NCBI GenBank assembly: GCA_963754225.1
Contig: CAVWEV010000005.1
Location: 282,282-346,281, forward strand
Length of the DNA: 64,000 bases
DNA from: an uncultured Thermoleophilia bacterium
Lineage (GTDB): Bacteria; Actinomycetota; Thermoleophilia; Solirubrobacterales; 70-9
Reading direction: 5' to 3'
Part shown: in pieces, positions 47,656 to 58,030 of the stretch
How the letters are laid out: each line of letters begins with the position of its first letter
Numbering within the stretch: the stretch's first letter is position 1
Position numbers and translations under genes: made by a program
Notes under the pieces: model-generated
What the model was told of the DNA's origin: nothing
Database searches by the model: none
The model's input: only the letters and a program-made list of their open reading frames with translations

Positions 47656-47976
47656 GTGAGCCGGATGGCGAGGCGGGCGTCGGGCCGGCGGGGAAGCGTG
47701 GCGATCGCGGGCGCCGTCGGCCTGATCGCGGCCTCGATCGGGGCGCCGGTGGGCTGGGCGGCGGAGCCGGTGCCGGTGTCCGCCGATCCCGAGCGCCCGC
47801 AGCCCACCGGACGAGCGATCGTGCTCGTCCGCGCGTCGGCGAGCGCGTCCGCCGTGCTCGAGGGCTCCGAGTTGAGGCGCGAGATCTCCATCCCGCAGCA
47901 GGGAGCGGCGGCCGTCGAGCCTCCAGACGACCCCGGCGTCGCCGGCGTGCGGCGCGCCCTGAGCGGCGAGCAATAG
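47656..47976 (+). CDS. small secreted hypothetical protein
   Basis: Signal-like RRGSVAIAGAVGLIAASIGAPVGWAAEP. Confidence 0.3.
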   Translation: MSRMARRASGRRGSVAIAGAVGLIAASIGAPVGWAAEPVPVSADPERPQPTGRAIVLVRASASASAVLEGSELRREISIPQQGAAAVEPPDDPGVAGVRRALSGEQ

Positions 47977-48197
47977 AGGGGCGAACGGGGGCTGGATAGG
48001 GGGGAACCAGGCGACGTCGCAAACGCGGATCTCGATCACCTCTGGGGCGCGAGTGTCGAGTAAACGGTCATATAGACCGTCAACACGGATCTCGCGTTCC
48101 AACGGGCGACGAGATCCGCGTTTGCGGCATTCCCCCGCCTCCCCCTACCCAGCCGCCGCTCGCCCGCTACACGCGATGCATTGGAATCAGCCGCCGG

Positions 48198-49616
48198 TTA
48201 ACCCGCCGCCGCGGCCGGCTCTCGCTCCCCCTCGGCTCGGTCGGCCTCGCGGAGCAGCTCCGCGATCGAGGCCTCGATCCCGGCGGTCAGCTCGTCGACG
48301 TCCTCGAGGGCGTCGTAGTCGGCGAGCAGCCCGAAGTCGAGGCCGCCGTTGTAGCTCATGATCGCGACGGCGAGCGCGTGGTTCTCGGGCAAGAACGCGA
48401 CCGGGAAGACATCCTCGAGCTCGCGACCAAGCACGTAGAGCGGGATCTGGGGGCCCGGCACGTTGGTCACGATCAGGTTGAACAGCCGGGTCGAGAAGTT
48501 GATCCGCGATGCCTGCGCCAGAAGGGTGGGAGGGGCGAAGTCGTTGAAGCGGGCGATCACCTCGGCGCCGAGCGCCTGCTTGGAGGACTTGACTCCCCCC
48601 ATCGCCTCGCGCACGGCGTCCAGGCGCCGCACCGGGTCCTCGATATAGACGGGGAGCGGGCCGCGCAAGGCCGCGATCCGGTTGCCGAGCTCGCCGCGCT
48701 CGTCCTCGGCGCGGATGCTGAGCGGCACCAGGGCCCGCAGCTCGAGCCCCTGCGGTGCGCACACCGCGCGAGTGCAGCCAGCGCCGCAGCGCCCCCGATG
48801 ACGACGGCGAGCACAACGTCGTTGACCGTGCCTCCGAGCACGTTCTTGATCCGCTTCAGGTCGTCGAGCTCGGCACGCACCCAGCTGAAGCGCCGGTGCG
48901 ACCCGATCGCGGTGTTCGAGCGGCACCTCCGGCGCGGGGTTGGCCAGCGCCCAACCGACCTCGCCCAGCGCCTGGACGGCCTCGGTGGCCTGCTCGATCG
49001 CGGGCCGAGGATGCTCGACGGCCGACTCGAGCCGCCGGGCGAGCTTCAGCGGGGTGGTGGCGAGGCCCTCGAGTCCGCGCGCCACGAGGTCGGCCTGGGA
49101 GGGCTCCGGCTCGGGTACCCACTCGTGATCGGGCTCGGCGGGCTCCGGCACCGGGGTGACGTCGAACAGCACCGTGGCGATGTCGACGCCCGAGACGCCG
49201 TCGACGAGCGCGTGATGGGTCTTGGTCAGCAGCGCGAAGCGCTTGCGCTTCAGGCCCTGCACGAGCCACAGCTCCCACAGCGGCTTGGTGCGGTCGAGCT
49301 GCTGCGAGAACAGGCGCCCGGCCAGCCTGCGCAGCTGGTCCTCGGACCCGGGCGCAGGGAGCGCCGAGTGGCGGACGTGGTATTCGAGGTGGAAGTGCTG
49401 GTCGTCGACCCAGAACGGCCGACCCATCTGCAGCGGGGGGAACGCGAGCTTCTGGCGGAAGCGCGGGACGAGGTGGAGGCGGGAGCGGATGTGGTCGAGG
49501 AGATCGCCGTAGCTCGGAGGCGGCCCCTCGAAGATCAGCACCGCGCCGACGTGCATGTGGCTGGCCGAGCCCTCCTGGGTGAGGAAGGATGCGTCGATCG
49601 AGCTGAGGCGATCCAT
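48198..49616 (-). CDS. wax ester synthase / diacylglycerol acyltransferase (WS/DGAT); frame disrupted near 48750-48900
   Basis: MDRLSSIDASFL.., catalytic HHALVDGVSG and C-terminal NLIVTNVPGPQIPLY..MSYNGGLDFGL. Confidence 0.8.
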   Translation of the reverse strand: MDRLSSIDASFLTQEGSASHMHVGAVLIFEGPPPSYGDLLDHIRSRLHLVPRFRQKLAFPPLQMGRPFWVDDQHFHLEYHVRHSALPAPGSEDQLRRLAGRLFSQQLDRTKPLWELWLVQGLKRKRFALLTKTHHALVDGVSGVDIATVLFDVTPVPEPAEPDHEWVPEPEPSQADLVARGLEGLATTPLKLARRLESAVEHPRPAIEQATEAVQALGEVGWALANPAPEVPLEHRDRVAPALQLGACRARRPEADQERARRHGQRRCARRRHRGRCGAGCTRAVCAPQGLELRALVPLSIRAEDERGELGNRIAALRGPLPVYIEDPVRRLDAVREAMGGVKSSKQALGAEVIARFNDFAPPTLLAQASRINFSTRLFNLIVTNVPGPQIPLYVLGRELEDVFPVAFLPENHALAVAIMSYNGGLDFGLLADYDALEDVDELTAGIEASIAELLREADRAEGEREPAAAAG

Positions 49617-49650
49617 GTGCCCTTGCGCCATGAGGTGAGACCCTACCGCG

Positions 49651-50607
49651 ATGCGAACACGGCGCAAATTGGCGTCATTGAGCGTCGCCGCGCTCACGGT
49701 GGCCGTGATTCTCGCGGCATGCGGTGAGCGCGAGGAGCCCGCGGTGGGGGGCTCCGGCGGACAGGCGGCCGAGCGCGTCGCGGCGCGCTTCGACGCGCGC
49801 CGCGCGTTCGCCGATCTCAGAGCTCAGGTCGCGCTCGGCGCGCGGCCCGCAGGCTCCGCCGCGAACCAGCGCCTCGTCGCACTGCTCGCGCGGCGGCTGC
49901 GGGACGCCGGCGTGCAGGACGTCGCGATCCAGCGACCGAACCGAAACGTCGTCGGGATGATCCCGGGGAGCGAGCCGGGCGCGATTGTGCTCGGCGCCCA
50001 CCATGACACCAAGGACCAGATCCCGGGACGCTTCGTGGGCGCGAACGACGGCGCCTCCGGGGTCGCGGTCGTGCTCGAGCTCGCCCGCGCCCTCCCGGAT
50101 CGCGTCGACGGCCCCGCGATCGAGATCGCGCTGTTCGACGCCGAGGAGGCGCGCGGCGACCGGGCCTTCACCGAGGACGGGACGCGCGGGAGCGACCAGT
50201 ACGTGCGCTACTCGGTCGCCGGCGGCGAGCAGGGGTCGCCGCCCCTGGACGAGGTCGACGCGATGGTGCTGTTCGACCTGGTCGGGGACTGCGAGCTGCA
50301 GATTCCGCGCGAGGACAACTCGGACGCGGCGCTGTACGACCGCTTCCGCGACGCCGCGCTGCAGCTCGACCCGGAGGGCGACGGAGAGCCGTTCGTGGGT
50401 GAGACGAGCTCGATCCTCGACGACCACATCCCGTTCGCCGAGGCCGGCACCCCCGCCGTTGACCTGATCGACTTCACCTACGGACCCGGCGGGAGTCCGG
50501 GCGCGTACTGGCACACGGATGAGGACGACCTCGAGCACGTCTGCCCGCAGAGCCTCGCGGCCGTGGGGCGCCCGGCGCTGGTCGCGCTGACTACATGGAC
50601 TCCTTGA
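49651..50607 (+). CDS. M28-family metallopeptidase (glutaminyl-cyclase-like) lipoprotein
   Basis: Lipobox VILAACG; HHDTK; GANDGASGVAVVLELAR; FDAEE; HTDEDD. Confidence 0.75.
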   Translation: MRTRRKLASLSVAALTVAVILAACGEREEPAVGGSGGQAAERVAARFDARRAFADLRAQVALGARPAGSAANQRLVALLARRLRDAGVQDVAIQRPNRNVVGMIPGSEPGAIVLGAHHDTKDQIPGRFVGANDGASGVAVVLELARALPDRVDGPAIEIALFDAEEARGDRAFTEDGTRGSDQYVRYSVAGGEQGSPPLDEVDAMVLFDLVGDCELQIPREDNSDAALYDRFRDAALQLDPEGDGEPFVGETSSILDDHIPFAEAGTPAVDLIDFTYGPGGSPGAYWHTDEDDLEHVCPQSLAAVGRPALVALTTWTP

Positions 50608-51727
50608 GCGCGAGGATTCGAAGGTAGGAGCGCTCCACGTCCGGCCGGCTCAGCTCGCCCCGCCTCAGCGCGTCGCGCAGCGCCTGGCGGGCCGGCTCGG
50701 CATCGCCGGTCTTCGCGAACAGCAGGATGTCGACCCCCGCCTCGGCCGCCGCGACCGGCGCCTCTCGCTCCGAGGCGGCGGCCTGGACCGCGGCCGCGCC
50801 CAGGTCGTCGCTGATCACCACCCCCTCGAAGCCCAGCTCGCCCCGCAGGAGGTCCTCGACGATCGCGGGGGAGAGGGCGGCGGGAAGCTCCGCGTCGAGC
50901 GCCGTGTAGGTGGCGAGGCCCACCATCACCATCGGCACCTCGCGCGCGACCGCCTCCCGGAACGGAGCCAGGTCCTGGTCGAGGGCATCTCGGCGCGCGT
51001 CGATCTCGCTCGCCTCCAGATCGGTGTTCGCAGGGGCCCTGCCGAGCCCCGGGAAATGCTTGACGGCGGGGATCACTCCGCCCGCCTCGAGCCCCTCGGC
51101 GAAGGCCGAGCCGTTCGCGGCCACCACCCGGGGATCGACGCCGAACGAACGCGCGGAGATGAACGAGGACGCCGACGAGGGGACGTCGAGGACCGGCGCG
51201 AGGTCGACGTCGATCCCGAGCCGATCCAGATAGCGGCCGGTCTGCACCCCGGCGCCCCGGGCCGCGCGCTCGTCGCCGGGCGCTGCGAGCTCCGCCGGCG
51301 AGCGGTCGGGCGGTCCGTCCGGCAGGCGCTTGACCTCGCCGCCCTCCTGGTCGATCGCGACAAGCAGGGGCGGCCGATCCCCCTTGCGGGCGGCGTCCTG
51401 CAGCCGCGCGATCTCCCCGCGCAGCTCGCCCGGCGGCTGGCCGGGCGGGGGAAAGACGATCACGCCCCCGATCTCGCCCTGCCGCGCCTGCCGGATCAGG
51501 GCGCCGGTAGCGGTTCCATCCATTCGGACCATCAGCTTCTGTGCGAGCAGGGCGGAGTCGGGCACGGCGCTCAGGGAAGTCCTCTCGATCTCGGCCGGGT
51601 CCGGGCCGACCCTCTCGTCGCCCAGGGCGCCCTCGATCGCGAGCGATCCCCCCGCGACCACGAGCACGAGGACCCCGGCGGCGACTCGCCGCCTCCTTCT
51701 GTACAGCGACTGGTCGCGCCTGGCCAC
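50591..51727 (-). CDS. glycoside hydrolase family 3 (NagZ-like beta-N-acetylhexosaminidase)
   Basis: ..IDQEGGEVKRL.., KHFPGLGRAPANTD and VVISDDLG. Confidence 0.75.
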   Translation of the reverse strand: MARRDQSLYRRRRRVAAGVLVLVVAGGSLAIEGALGDERVGPDPAEIERTSLSAVPDSALLAQKLMVRMDGTATGALIRQARQGEIGGVIVFPPPGQPPGELRGEIARLQDAARKGDRPPLLVAIDQEGGEVKRLPDGPPDRSPAELAAPGDERAARGAGVQTGRYLDRLGIDVDLAPVLDVPSSASSFISARSFGVDPRVVAANGSAFAEGLEAGGVIPAVKHFPGLGRAPANTDLEASEIDARRDALDQDLAPFREAVAREVPMVMVGLATYTALDAELPAALSPAIVEDLLRGELGFEGVVISDDLGAAAVQAAASEREAPVAAAEAGVDILLFAKTGDAEPARQALRDALRRGELSRPDVERSYLRILALKESM

Positions 51728-51768
51728 GGTCTCTCCGCGCAGGGTAATCGCGGCTACCCTTTGTCGGG

Positions 51769-52737
51769 ATGCCCCCCATCGCCACGAACACCCCGAAGCG
51801 GGTGCTGCTCGCCGCGCCGCGCGGCTACTGCGCCGGCGTCGATCGCGCCGTGCAGGCGGTCGAGCACGCGCTCGACCTGAACGGGCCGCCCGTCTACGTG
51901 CGCAAGGAGATCGTCCACAACAAGCACGTCGTGGAGCAGCTCGAGAAGCGCGGCGCGGTCTTCGTCGAGGAGGAGACCGAGGTGCCGGAGGGCGAGCTGG
52001 TCGTGTTCTCGGCCCACGGCGTGGCGCCGAGCGTGCACGAGAACTCGGCCGCGCGCGGGCTGCAGACGATCGACGCGACGTGCCCTCTGGTCACCAAGGT
52101 CCACGTCGAGGCGCGCAAGTTCGCCAAGCAGGGCTACACGATCGTCCTGATCGGCCACGAGGGCCACGAGGAGGTCGAGGGGACCACCGGCGAGGCGCCG
52201 GGGAGCATCGTCCTCGTCCAGACCACGAGCGACGTGGACGAGCTCGAGGTGCGGGATCCGGACCGCGTCGCCTACATCACCCAGACGACGCTGTCGGTCG
52301 ACGAGACGACCGAGATCATCGAGCGCCTGAAGCAGAAGTTCCCCGCCATCGTCGGCCCGAAGACCGACGACATCTGTTACGCGACCACGAACCGCCAGCA
52401 CGCGGTGAAGGAGCTCGCGTCGCAGAGCGACCTCGTGCTGGTGATCGGCTCCACCAACTCGTCGAACTCCAACCGGCTCGTCGAGGTGGCGCGCGAGCGC
52501 GGGGCGGCCTCGCACCTGATCGACAACTCGCTCCAGGTCGACGAGCAATGGCTGGACGGCGTCGAGACCGTGGGCATCACCTCCGGCGCCAGCGCGCCCG
52601 AGGAGCTGGTCGAGCAGCTGGTCGAGTTCTTCCGCGAGCGCGGCGCCGAGGACGTCTCCGAGCTGCGGACGGTCGACGAGGACGTGCGCTTCATGCTTCC
52701 CGGCGAGATCCGCGAGGCCCTCGCCGCGAAGGCCTAA
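51769..52737 (+). CDS. ispH: 4-hydroxy-3-methylbut-2-enyl diphosphate reductase
   Basis: [64 protein letters not shown]. Confidence 0.92.
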   Translation: MPPIATNTPKRVLLAAPRGYCAGVDRAVQAVEHALDLNGPPVYVRKEIVHNKHVVEQLEKRGAVFVEEETEVPEGELVVFSAHGVAPSVHENSAARGLQTIDATCPLVTKVHVEARKFAKQGYTIVLIGHEGHEEVEGTTGEAPGSIVLVQTTSDVDELEVRDPDRVAYITQTTLSVDETTEIIERLKQKFPAIVGPKTDDICYATTNRQHAVKELASQSDLVLVIGSTNSSNSNRLVEVARERGAASHLIDNSLQVDEQWLDGVETVGITSGASAPEELVEQLVEFFRERGAEDVSELRTVDEDVRFMLPGEIREALAAKA

Positions 52738-52739
52738 AG

Positions 52740-53556
52740 CTACGGCACCCCGGCCGCGAAGCTGATCGACCACACTCGTACGCCCGGCGAGGCGCGCAGC
52801 AGCAGCCGGTGCTCTTCGTGGCGGTCGTGCGCTGCCAGCTCGTACAGGCCGGGCGAGTCGACGGCGATCGGTTCGCGCCCGGCGCCGTCGACCGCCACGT
52901 GGAGCGTGCCCGCGCCGTCGGCGCTCGCGTACACCCCGCCCGCGGCGTACTCGAGCTCGAGCTCCGAGCCGCCCTGCGACGGCTCGCTCGCCGAGCCACC
53001 GGGAAACACCTCATCGCTCGGCGGAATGACGAGCGCTCCCGGGGCGTCGCTGGGCCGCAGCGGCGAGAGCGGCTCGGGTAGCTCGGCATCGGGGCGCGAC
53101 TCGCGCGAGCAGCTCCTGGATCGCCGCCTCGGTGGCCGCGTACTCGCCCTCGCCGAAGTGGTACCAGCGCAGCGCTCCGCCACGTCCCCACAGGAACAGC
53201 GACGGCCATCCCTCGCATCCGTAGGCGCGCCACACCCGGAACCCGGAGTCCAGAGCGACCGCGTAGGGGATCGCGAGCCGGCTGATAGCGGCCGCGACCG
53301 CGTCCCGCGAGGCGGTGAACGGGAAGCGCGGCGAGTGGACCCCGAGCACTGCCAGCCCCGCCTCCCGGTAGCGGTCGTGCCAGGCGTGCAGGTAGGGGAG
53401 CGTGCGGACGCTGTTCAGCTGCGCGAAGTCGAAGAAGTGGACAAGCACCGGAGCCACCGCGGCCAGCCGCTCGATCCGAGGCGTCGTCGCGGCGCCGATC
53501 CAGGGAAGGTCCGCGGGCAGCGGTGGGATGGCGATGTCGGCCACCGGAGGGCGCAT
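52740..53556 (-). CDS. DipZ-C-terminal-like thioredoxin-fold protein lacking CxxC; one frame change near 53100
   Basis: VLVHFFDFAQLNSVRTLPYLHAWHDRY..GLAVLGVHSPRF..GWPSLFLW (track 53011..53556). The C-terminal beta-rich domain is in track 52740..53183. Confidence 0.55.
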
Positions 53557-53691
53557 CTCGCGCGAGCATCGCAGACGGAAGCAGCGCGGAGGGTCGCTAT
53601 GCTGCGGCGCACCGCCGGATACCGCAAACCGGGACTACAACAAACCGCGCGATGTGCTCGCACATCGCGCGTGTGACAGGAGGAGCGCCGC

Positions 53692-54300
53692 GTGAGCACA
53701 ACGATCTGGGACCGCATCGAGGAGAGCCGCAGCCGCTGGAACGTGCTCGAGCATCCGTTCTACGAGCGCTGGTCGGCGGGAGAGCTCAGCCGCGAGGAGC
53801 TTGCTCGCTACTCGGGTCAGTACCGCCACGCGGTCGAGGCGATCGCCGCGATGAGCTCGGCCGCGGCCGCCGAGACCCCCGATCGGGAGGACCTGCGCCG
53901 CCACGCCGCCGAGGAGGACGCACACGTGGAGCTGTGGGACGGTTTCGTCGACGCGGTGGACGGAGACCCGCGCGCCGAGGCGACGCCCGAGACCGAGGAG
54001 TGCGTGCGAGAGTGGACGGCCGCCGACGGGCTGATCCCGACGCTCGCCCGGCTGTACGCCGTGGAGAGCGGGCAGCCCGAGATCTCCCGCGTCAAGCGGG
54101 CCGGCCTGATCGAGCTTTACGGCGTCGCCGACGGCGAGGGAACCGAGTACTTCAGGGTCCACGAGGGCCGCGACGACGACCACGCGGCCGAGGTCCGCGA
54201 GCTGATCGAGCAGCGCGCCCGGCCCGCCGACGCGGACGCCGTCGTGGCGGCGGCCGAGTCGGCATTCCGCGCCAATTGGAGACTCCTGGACGGGGTGTAG
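53692..54300 (+). CDS. heme-oxygenase-like fold protein (TenA/PqqC/iron-containing redox enzyme family)
   Basis: ..HPFYERWSAGELSREELARYSGQYRHAVEAI..EEDAHVELWDGF..LYAVESGQPEI.. Confidence 0.55.
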   Translation: MSTTIWDRIEESRSRWNVLEHPFYERWSAGELSREELARYSGQYRHAVEAIAAMSSAAAAETPDREDLRRHAAEEDAHVELWDGFVDAVDGDPRAEATPETEECVREWTAADGLIPTLARLYAVESGQPEISRVKRAGLIELYGVADGEGTEYFRVHEGRDDDHAAEVRELIEQRARPADADAVVAAAESAFRANWRLLDGV

Positions 54301-54531
54301 GGTCCCGCGACCCCGCCGCGGCCGGCGCGCAACCCTCGGCCGATCCGGCGCCACCCGGTCACCACGAAGCGCCGCGACCTGCTGATCGGGATCGCGCTGG
54401 GGATCCTGCTCGGGATCGCGGTCGTGATCGCGTTCGTGTTCTTCGGCAGCCAGGAAACGATCGACGCGCCGTCGATCGACGACAAGCCGCCGGCCGAGCG
54501 ATCGGCCGATCCCCCGGACAGGCGCTGAGGC

Positions 54532-56004
54532 CTACCCGCTGCTGTCGGTCACGGGCTCTCCCGTGCCGAGATCGACGTGGGCGCGGCTGTCGCGGCTTCG
54601 GATCAGGAACAGCGTCGCCAGCAGGCCGAGCACCGCAATCCCGGCCCCGGCCAGGAACGCCGACTGGAACCCCTCGGTGAGCGCATTCGGCAGCGCTGAC
54701 GGATCTCCCCCGGCGCTCGCCATGAGATCGTCGGTGCGCGAGTTGGCGATCGTCGCCAGCACCGCGAGTCCGAGCGCCCCGCCCACCTGCTGCGAGGTGT
54801 TGATCAGACCGCTCGCGAGACCCGCCTCGCGCTCGCCGACACCCGACACCGCGGCGATCGTCTGCGGCACGAACGCAAGCCCCAGTCCGGCCGCGGCGAG
54901 CAGCGAGGGGCCGAGGATGTCGGACGCGAACCCGCCGCCGACGGACACCTGACCGAACCACACGAGGCCGGCGGCGATCAACACCATGCCCGTGGCCAGC
55001 ACCGGCTTGAACCCGACCCGGGTTACCAGCTGAGAGGCCACCGCGGCCGCAAGGATGATCGTCAGCGCCAGCGGCAGGTACGAGAGTCCTGCCTTGATCG
55101 CGCTGTAGCCGAGCACCTGCTGCATGTAGAGCGAGATGAAGAAGAACATCGAGAACAGCGACGCGCCGGTCAGCACGCCGACCACATTTGCCCCGGTGAG
55201 CGTCCGCAGGCGGAAGATCCCGAACGGCACCAGCGGCGCGTCGGAGCGGCGTTCGATCGCGACGAAGGCGGCGATCAGCGCGACGGCGACGGCCAGCAGG
55301 ACGATCGTCTGTGTCGAGCCCCAGCCGACGTCGGTGGCGTCGACGAGCGCGTACACGAGCACCGATAGACCGGCCGTGACGGTGAACGCGCCGCCGAAGT
55401 CGAAGGCGCGCGTCAGGGACTCGGAGCGGCTCTCGGCGACCAGCGAGGGAGCGATCAGCGCCGCCACTATCCCGATCGGCACGTTGACCCACAGGACCCA
55501 CTCCCAACCGAGGTACTCCGTCAGCACCCCGCCGAGCAGGACACCGGCAGCGCCACCAGAGCCGGCGACCGCGCCCCACGCCCCGAGTGCCTTGTTGCGC
55601 TCCGCTCCGTCGCGGAACGTCGTCGTCACGATCGACAGGGCGGCGGGGGAGAGGATCGCCGCTCCGAGCCCCTGCACGGCGCGGGCGCCGATCAGCCACC
55701 CCTCCGAGGTCGCGAACCCGCCGGCCAGCGAGGCGAGCGCGAACAGCACGAGCCCGAACATGAACACGCGGCGCCGACCGAGCAGATCCGCGAGCCGCCC
55801 GCCGAGCAGCAGGAAGCCACCGAACGTGAGCACGTAGGCGTTGACGACCCAGGAGAGGTTCTCCTGCGAGAAGGCGAGATCCTCGCCGATCGACGGGAGC
55901 GCGACGTTGACGATCGCGGCGTCGAGGACGACCACGAACTGCGCCATGCACAGCAGGCCGAGGGCGATCCAGCGCCGGCGTTCGTACAGCTGAGCTTCGG
56001 TCAT
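54532..56004 (-). CDS. MFS transporter, 14-TM DHA2 (EmrB/QacA)-like
   Basis: MTEAQLYERRRWIALGLLCMAQFVVVLDAAIVNVALPSI..LLGGRLADLLGRRRVF.. Many TM segments. ATG at 56004 within track ORF 54532..56190. Confidence 0.8.
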   Translation of the reverse strand: MTEAQLYERRRWIALGLLCMAQFVVVLDAAIVNVALPSIGEDLAFSQENLSWVVNAYVLTFGGFLLLGGRLADLLGRRRVFMFGLVLFALASLAGGFATSEGWLIGARAVQGLGAAILSPAALSIVTTTFRDGAERNKALGAWGAVAGSGGAAGVLLGGVLTEYLGWEWVLWVNVPIGIVAALIAPSLVAESRSESLTRAFDFGGAFTVTAGLSVLVYALVDATDVGWGSTQTIVLLAVAVALIAAFVAIERRSDAPLVPFGIFRLRTLTGANVVGVLTGASLFSMFFFISLYMQQVLGYSAIKAGLSYLPLALTIILAAAVASQLVTRVGFKPVLATGMVLIAAGLVWFGQVSVGGGFASDILGPSLLAAAGLGLAFVPQTIAAVSGVGEREAGLASGLINTSQQVGGALGLAVLATIANSRTDDLMASAGGDPSALPNALTEGFQSAFLAGAGIAVLGLLATLFLIRSRDSRAHVDLGTGEPVTDSSG

Positions 56005-56214
56005 TCCTGACTCCTCGATTGCTTCCGCCTCGCGTCGTGCGAGACGAAAACGGCGCGCACGGGCCGCGACGCAAAGAGTCCCCCGAACCCAACGAACGAG
56101 GATAGCCACCTGATTCTCGTCCGCCGCGACAGTAAAGTGCGACTCATTATCATTACTACGGCTGACCACTAGGTCAGGCGGGAAACACAACCACGACAGA
56201 AGAGGAGAACGAAC

Positions 56215-56418
56215 ATGGAGATCCAGTTCTACGACGTCAAGACCCGCGAGAAGGTCGGCGTGCCGGAGGCGAACGTGCGCAAGACCCGGTATGAGCGGAC
56301 CACGAAGAACGGGCGCACGAGCACGCGCTACGCGTTCCGCGGCACGTATGAGGGCCGCAAGCTGACGACATTCGTCAGTCGCGAGGACTGGGAGCGCCTC
56401 GACGTGCCCGAGGAGTGA
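56215..56418 (+). CDS. small basic hypothetical protein
   Basis: RBS AGAGGAGAA. Sequence MEIQFYDVKTREKVGVPEANVRKTRYERTTKNGRTSTRYAFRGTYEGRKL.. Confidence 0.5.
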   Translation: MEIQFYDVKTREKVGVPEANVRKTRYERTTKNGRTSTRYAFRGTYEGRKLTTFVSREDWERLDVPEE

Positions 56419-56424
56419 CGGCGC

Positions 56425-57288
56425 CTAGCGCACCGCCCCGACCGCATCCACCGCGGAGCCGCCTCGGCCGGGGCGGCGTCCGCGCCGGCGCCCGAGCGGC
56501 AGGCTGAGCACGAACACGGCGACCGCGACCAGCGCGATCGAGGCGCCGGCTGCCAGCTCGAGGTAGTGGCTGACGTACAGTCCGCCGACCCCGGCGACGA
56601 TCGCGAGGCCGGCCGCCAGGCCGAGAGTCGGCGCCAGCCGCGTCCCGAGCCGAAGCGCCGCCGCGGCGGGGGCGATGATCAGCGCGACCACCAGCAGGTT
56701 GCCGAGCGCCTGCACGGCAACCAGCGTGGTCAGCGCGAGCAACACGAGCAGCGCGAGGCCGATCCGAGCCGGGGATGCGCCGAGGCTCGGAGCGGTCGGC
56801 TCGTCGAACGCGGCGGCGACGAGGCCACGGTGGAGCGCGTAGAGGGCGGCGAGCACCGCGAGTGCGAGCGCAGCGGATGCCGCCAGCTCGCCGCTCGTGG
56901 TGCTGAGCGGGTCGCCGAAGAGGAGCTCTCCGAGCCGCGCCGGCACCTGCGGGGCGAGCGCGAGCAGCGCCCCCGCGCCGAACAGGGCCGTGACCGTCAC
57001 CGCCACCGCGGCGTCGACGCCGACCCCGCGCTCGCGGCTGGCCAGCGACACGCCCACGGCGGCGCCGAGCAACCCCGCTGCGGCGCCGAGCGCGAGCGGG
57101 AACCCGATCAGGGTCGCGAGCACGAGGCCCGGGAGCATCCCGTGGGCTATCGATTCCGCCGCGTAGCTCTGGCGATAGAGGACGACCCACACGCCGAGCG
57201 GCCCGCACGCCGCTCCGAGCACGATCGCGTCGAGGAGCGCCCGCTGTCCGATCCCCTGGCTGAACGGTTCCGTGACGACGTCGAGCAT
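56425..57288 (-). CDS. metal (Zn/Mn) ABC transporter permease, ABC-3 family
   Basis: Intact 287-aa polytopic ORF with the typical ABC-3 layout. Start-stop overlap with the ATPase gene. Confidence 0.8.
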   Translation of the reverse strand: MLDVVTEPFSQGIGQRALLDAIVLGAACGPLGVWVVLYRQSYAAESIAHGMLPGLVLATLIGFPLALGAAAGLLGAAVGVSLASRERGVGVDAAVAVTVTALFGAGALLALAPQVPARLGELLFGDPLSTTSGELAASAALALAVLAALYALHRGLVAAAFDEPTAPSLGASPARIGLALLVLLALTTLVAVQALGNLLVVALIIAPAAAALRLGTRLAPTLGLAAGLAIVAGVGGLYVSHYLELAAGASIALVAVAVFVLSLPLGRRRGRRPGRGGSAVDAVGAVR

Positions 57289-58030
57289 CAGTGGGCGTGA
57301 TGTTGGACGGCGACTACCCGTTCGCCGCCCTCGAGGACGACGAGCTCGCTCCCGTAGGTGCGTTCGAGGACCGATGGCACGAGGGTCTGCTCAGGCGGCC
57401 CCCAGGCGACCGAGCGGCGGTTGAGGCACAGCACGGTGTCGAACGCCCGCGCCTGCTGGATGTCGTGGGTCGCGACGAGCAGGGCATGGCCCTCGGCGCG
57501 CAACTCGCGAAGGATCGCCAGCACGCGCTCGCTCGAGGGACGGTCGACGCCAGTCAGCGGTTCGTCGAGCAGCAGGATCGCGGCGTCCTGGGCGAGGGCG
57601 CGCGCGATCAGCACGCGTTGGCGCTGTCCGCCGGAGAGCTCGCCGTAGGCGGTCGTCGCCTCCGCGGCGAGCCCGACACGGGCGAGCGCCTGCCGCGCGT
57701 CCTCCCGCTCGCCCCGGCCGACCCGCCGGTACCAGGGCAGGCGGGGATACGTGCCCATCAACACCACGTCGAGGGCGTTGACGGGGAAGTCGAGGCGGGA
57801 GCGCTCGGTCTGAGGAACGTACGCGATCGCCCCGCGCAGCGTGACTCGCCCGCTTCGCTGGGGCAGCTCATCGAGCAGGGCGCGAAACAGCGTCGTCTTG
57901 CCGCCGCCGTTGGGCCCCAGCACCGCCAGCAGCTCTCCGCCGCCTACCGTGAAGGTTACGTCCGCGACAGCCGGATCTCCCGCCACGTAGCCGGCGGCGA
58001 GGCCGTCGACCTCGACCAGGGGCCCGCTCA
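57288..58030 (-). CDS. metal ABC transporter ATP-binding protein
   Basis: GPNGGGKTTL (Walker A), LSGGQRQRVLIARAL (signature), LLLDEP (Walker B). GTG at 58030 within track ORF 57288..58409. Confidence 0.85.

Noticed and set aside
54358-54528. Possible small TM protein (..TTKRRDLLIGIALGILLGIAVVIAFVFFGSQETIDAPSIDDKPPAERSADPPDRR*).
   Set aside because: I found no ATG, GTG or TTG in frame between the upstream stop (54298-54300) and the hydrophobic segment. It may be real if an indel hides the start, but I cannot support it.
53523-54680. 385-aa + strand ORF, and 577-aa minus-strand ORF 54359..56092.
   Set aside because: Both are Arg/Gly/Pro-rich off-frame readings across the TenA-like gene and the MFS transporter. 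The MFS frame (54532..56004) is the one that gives TM helices and family motifs.
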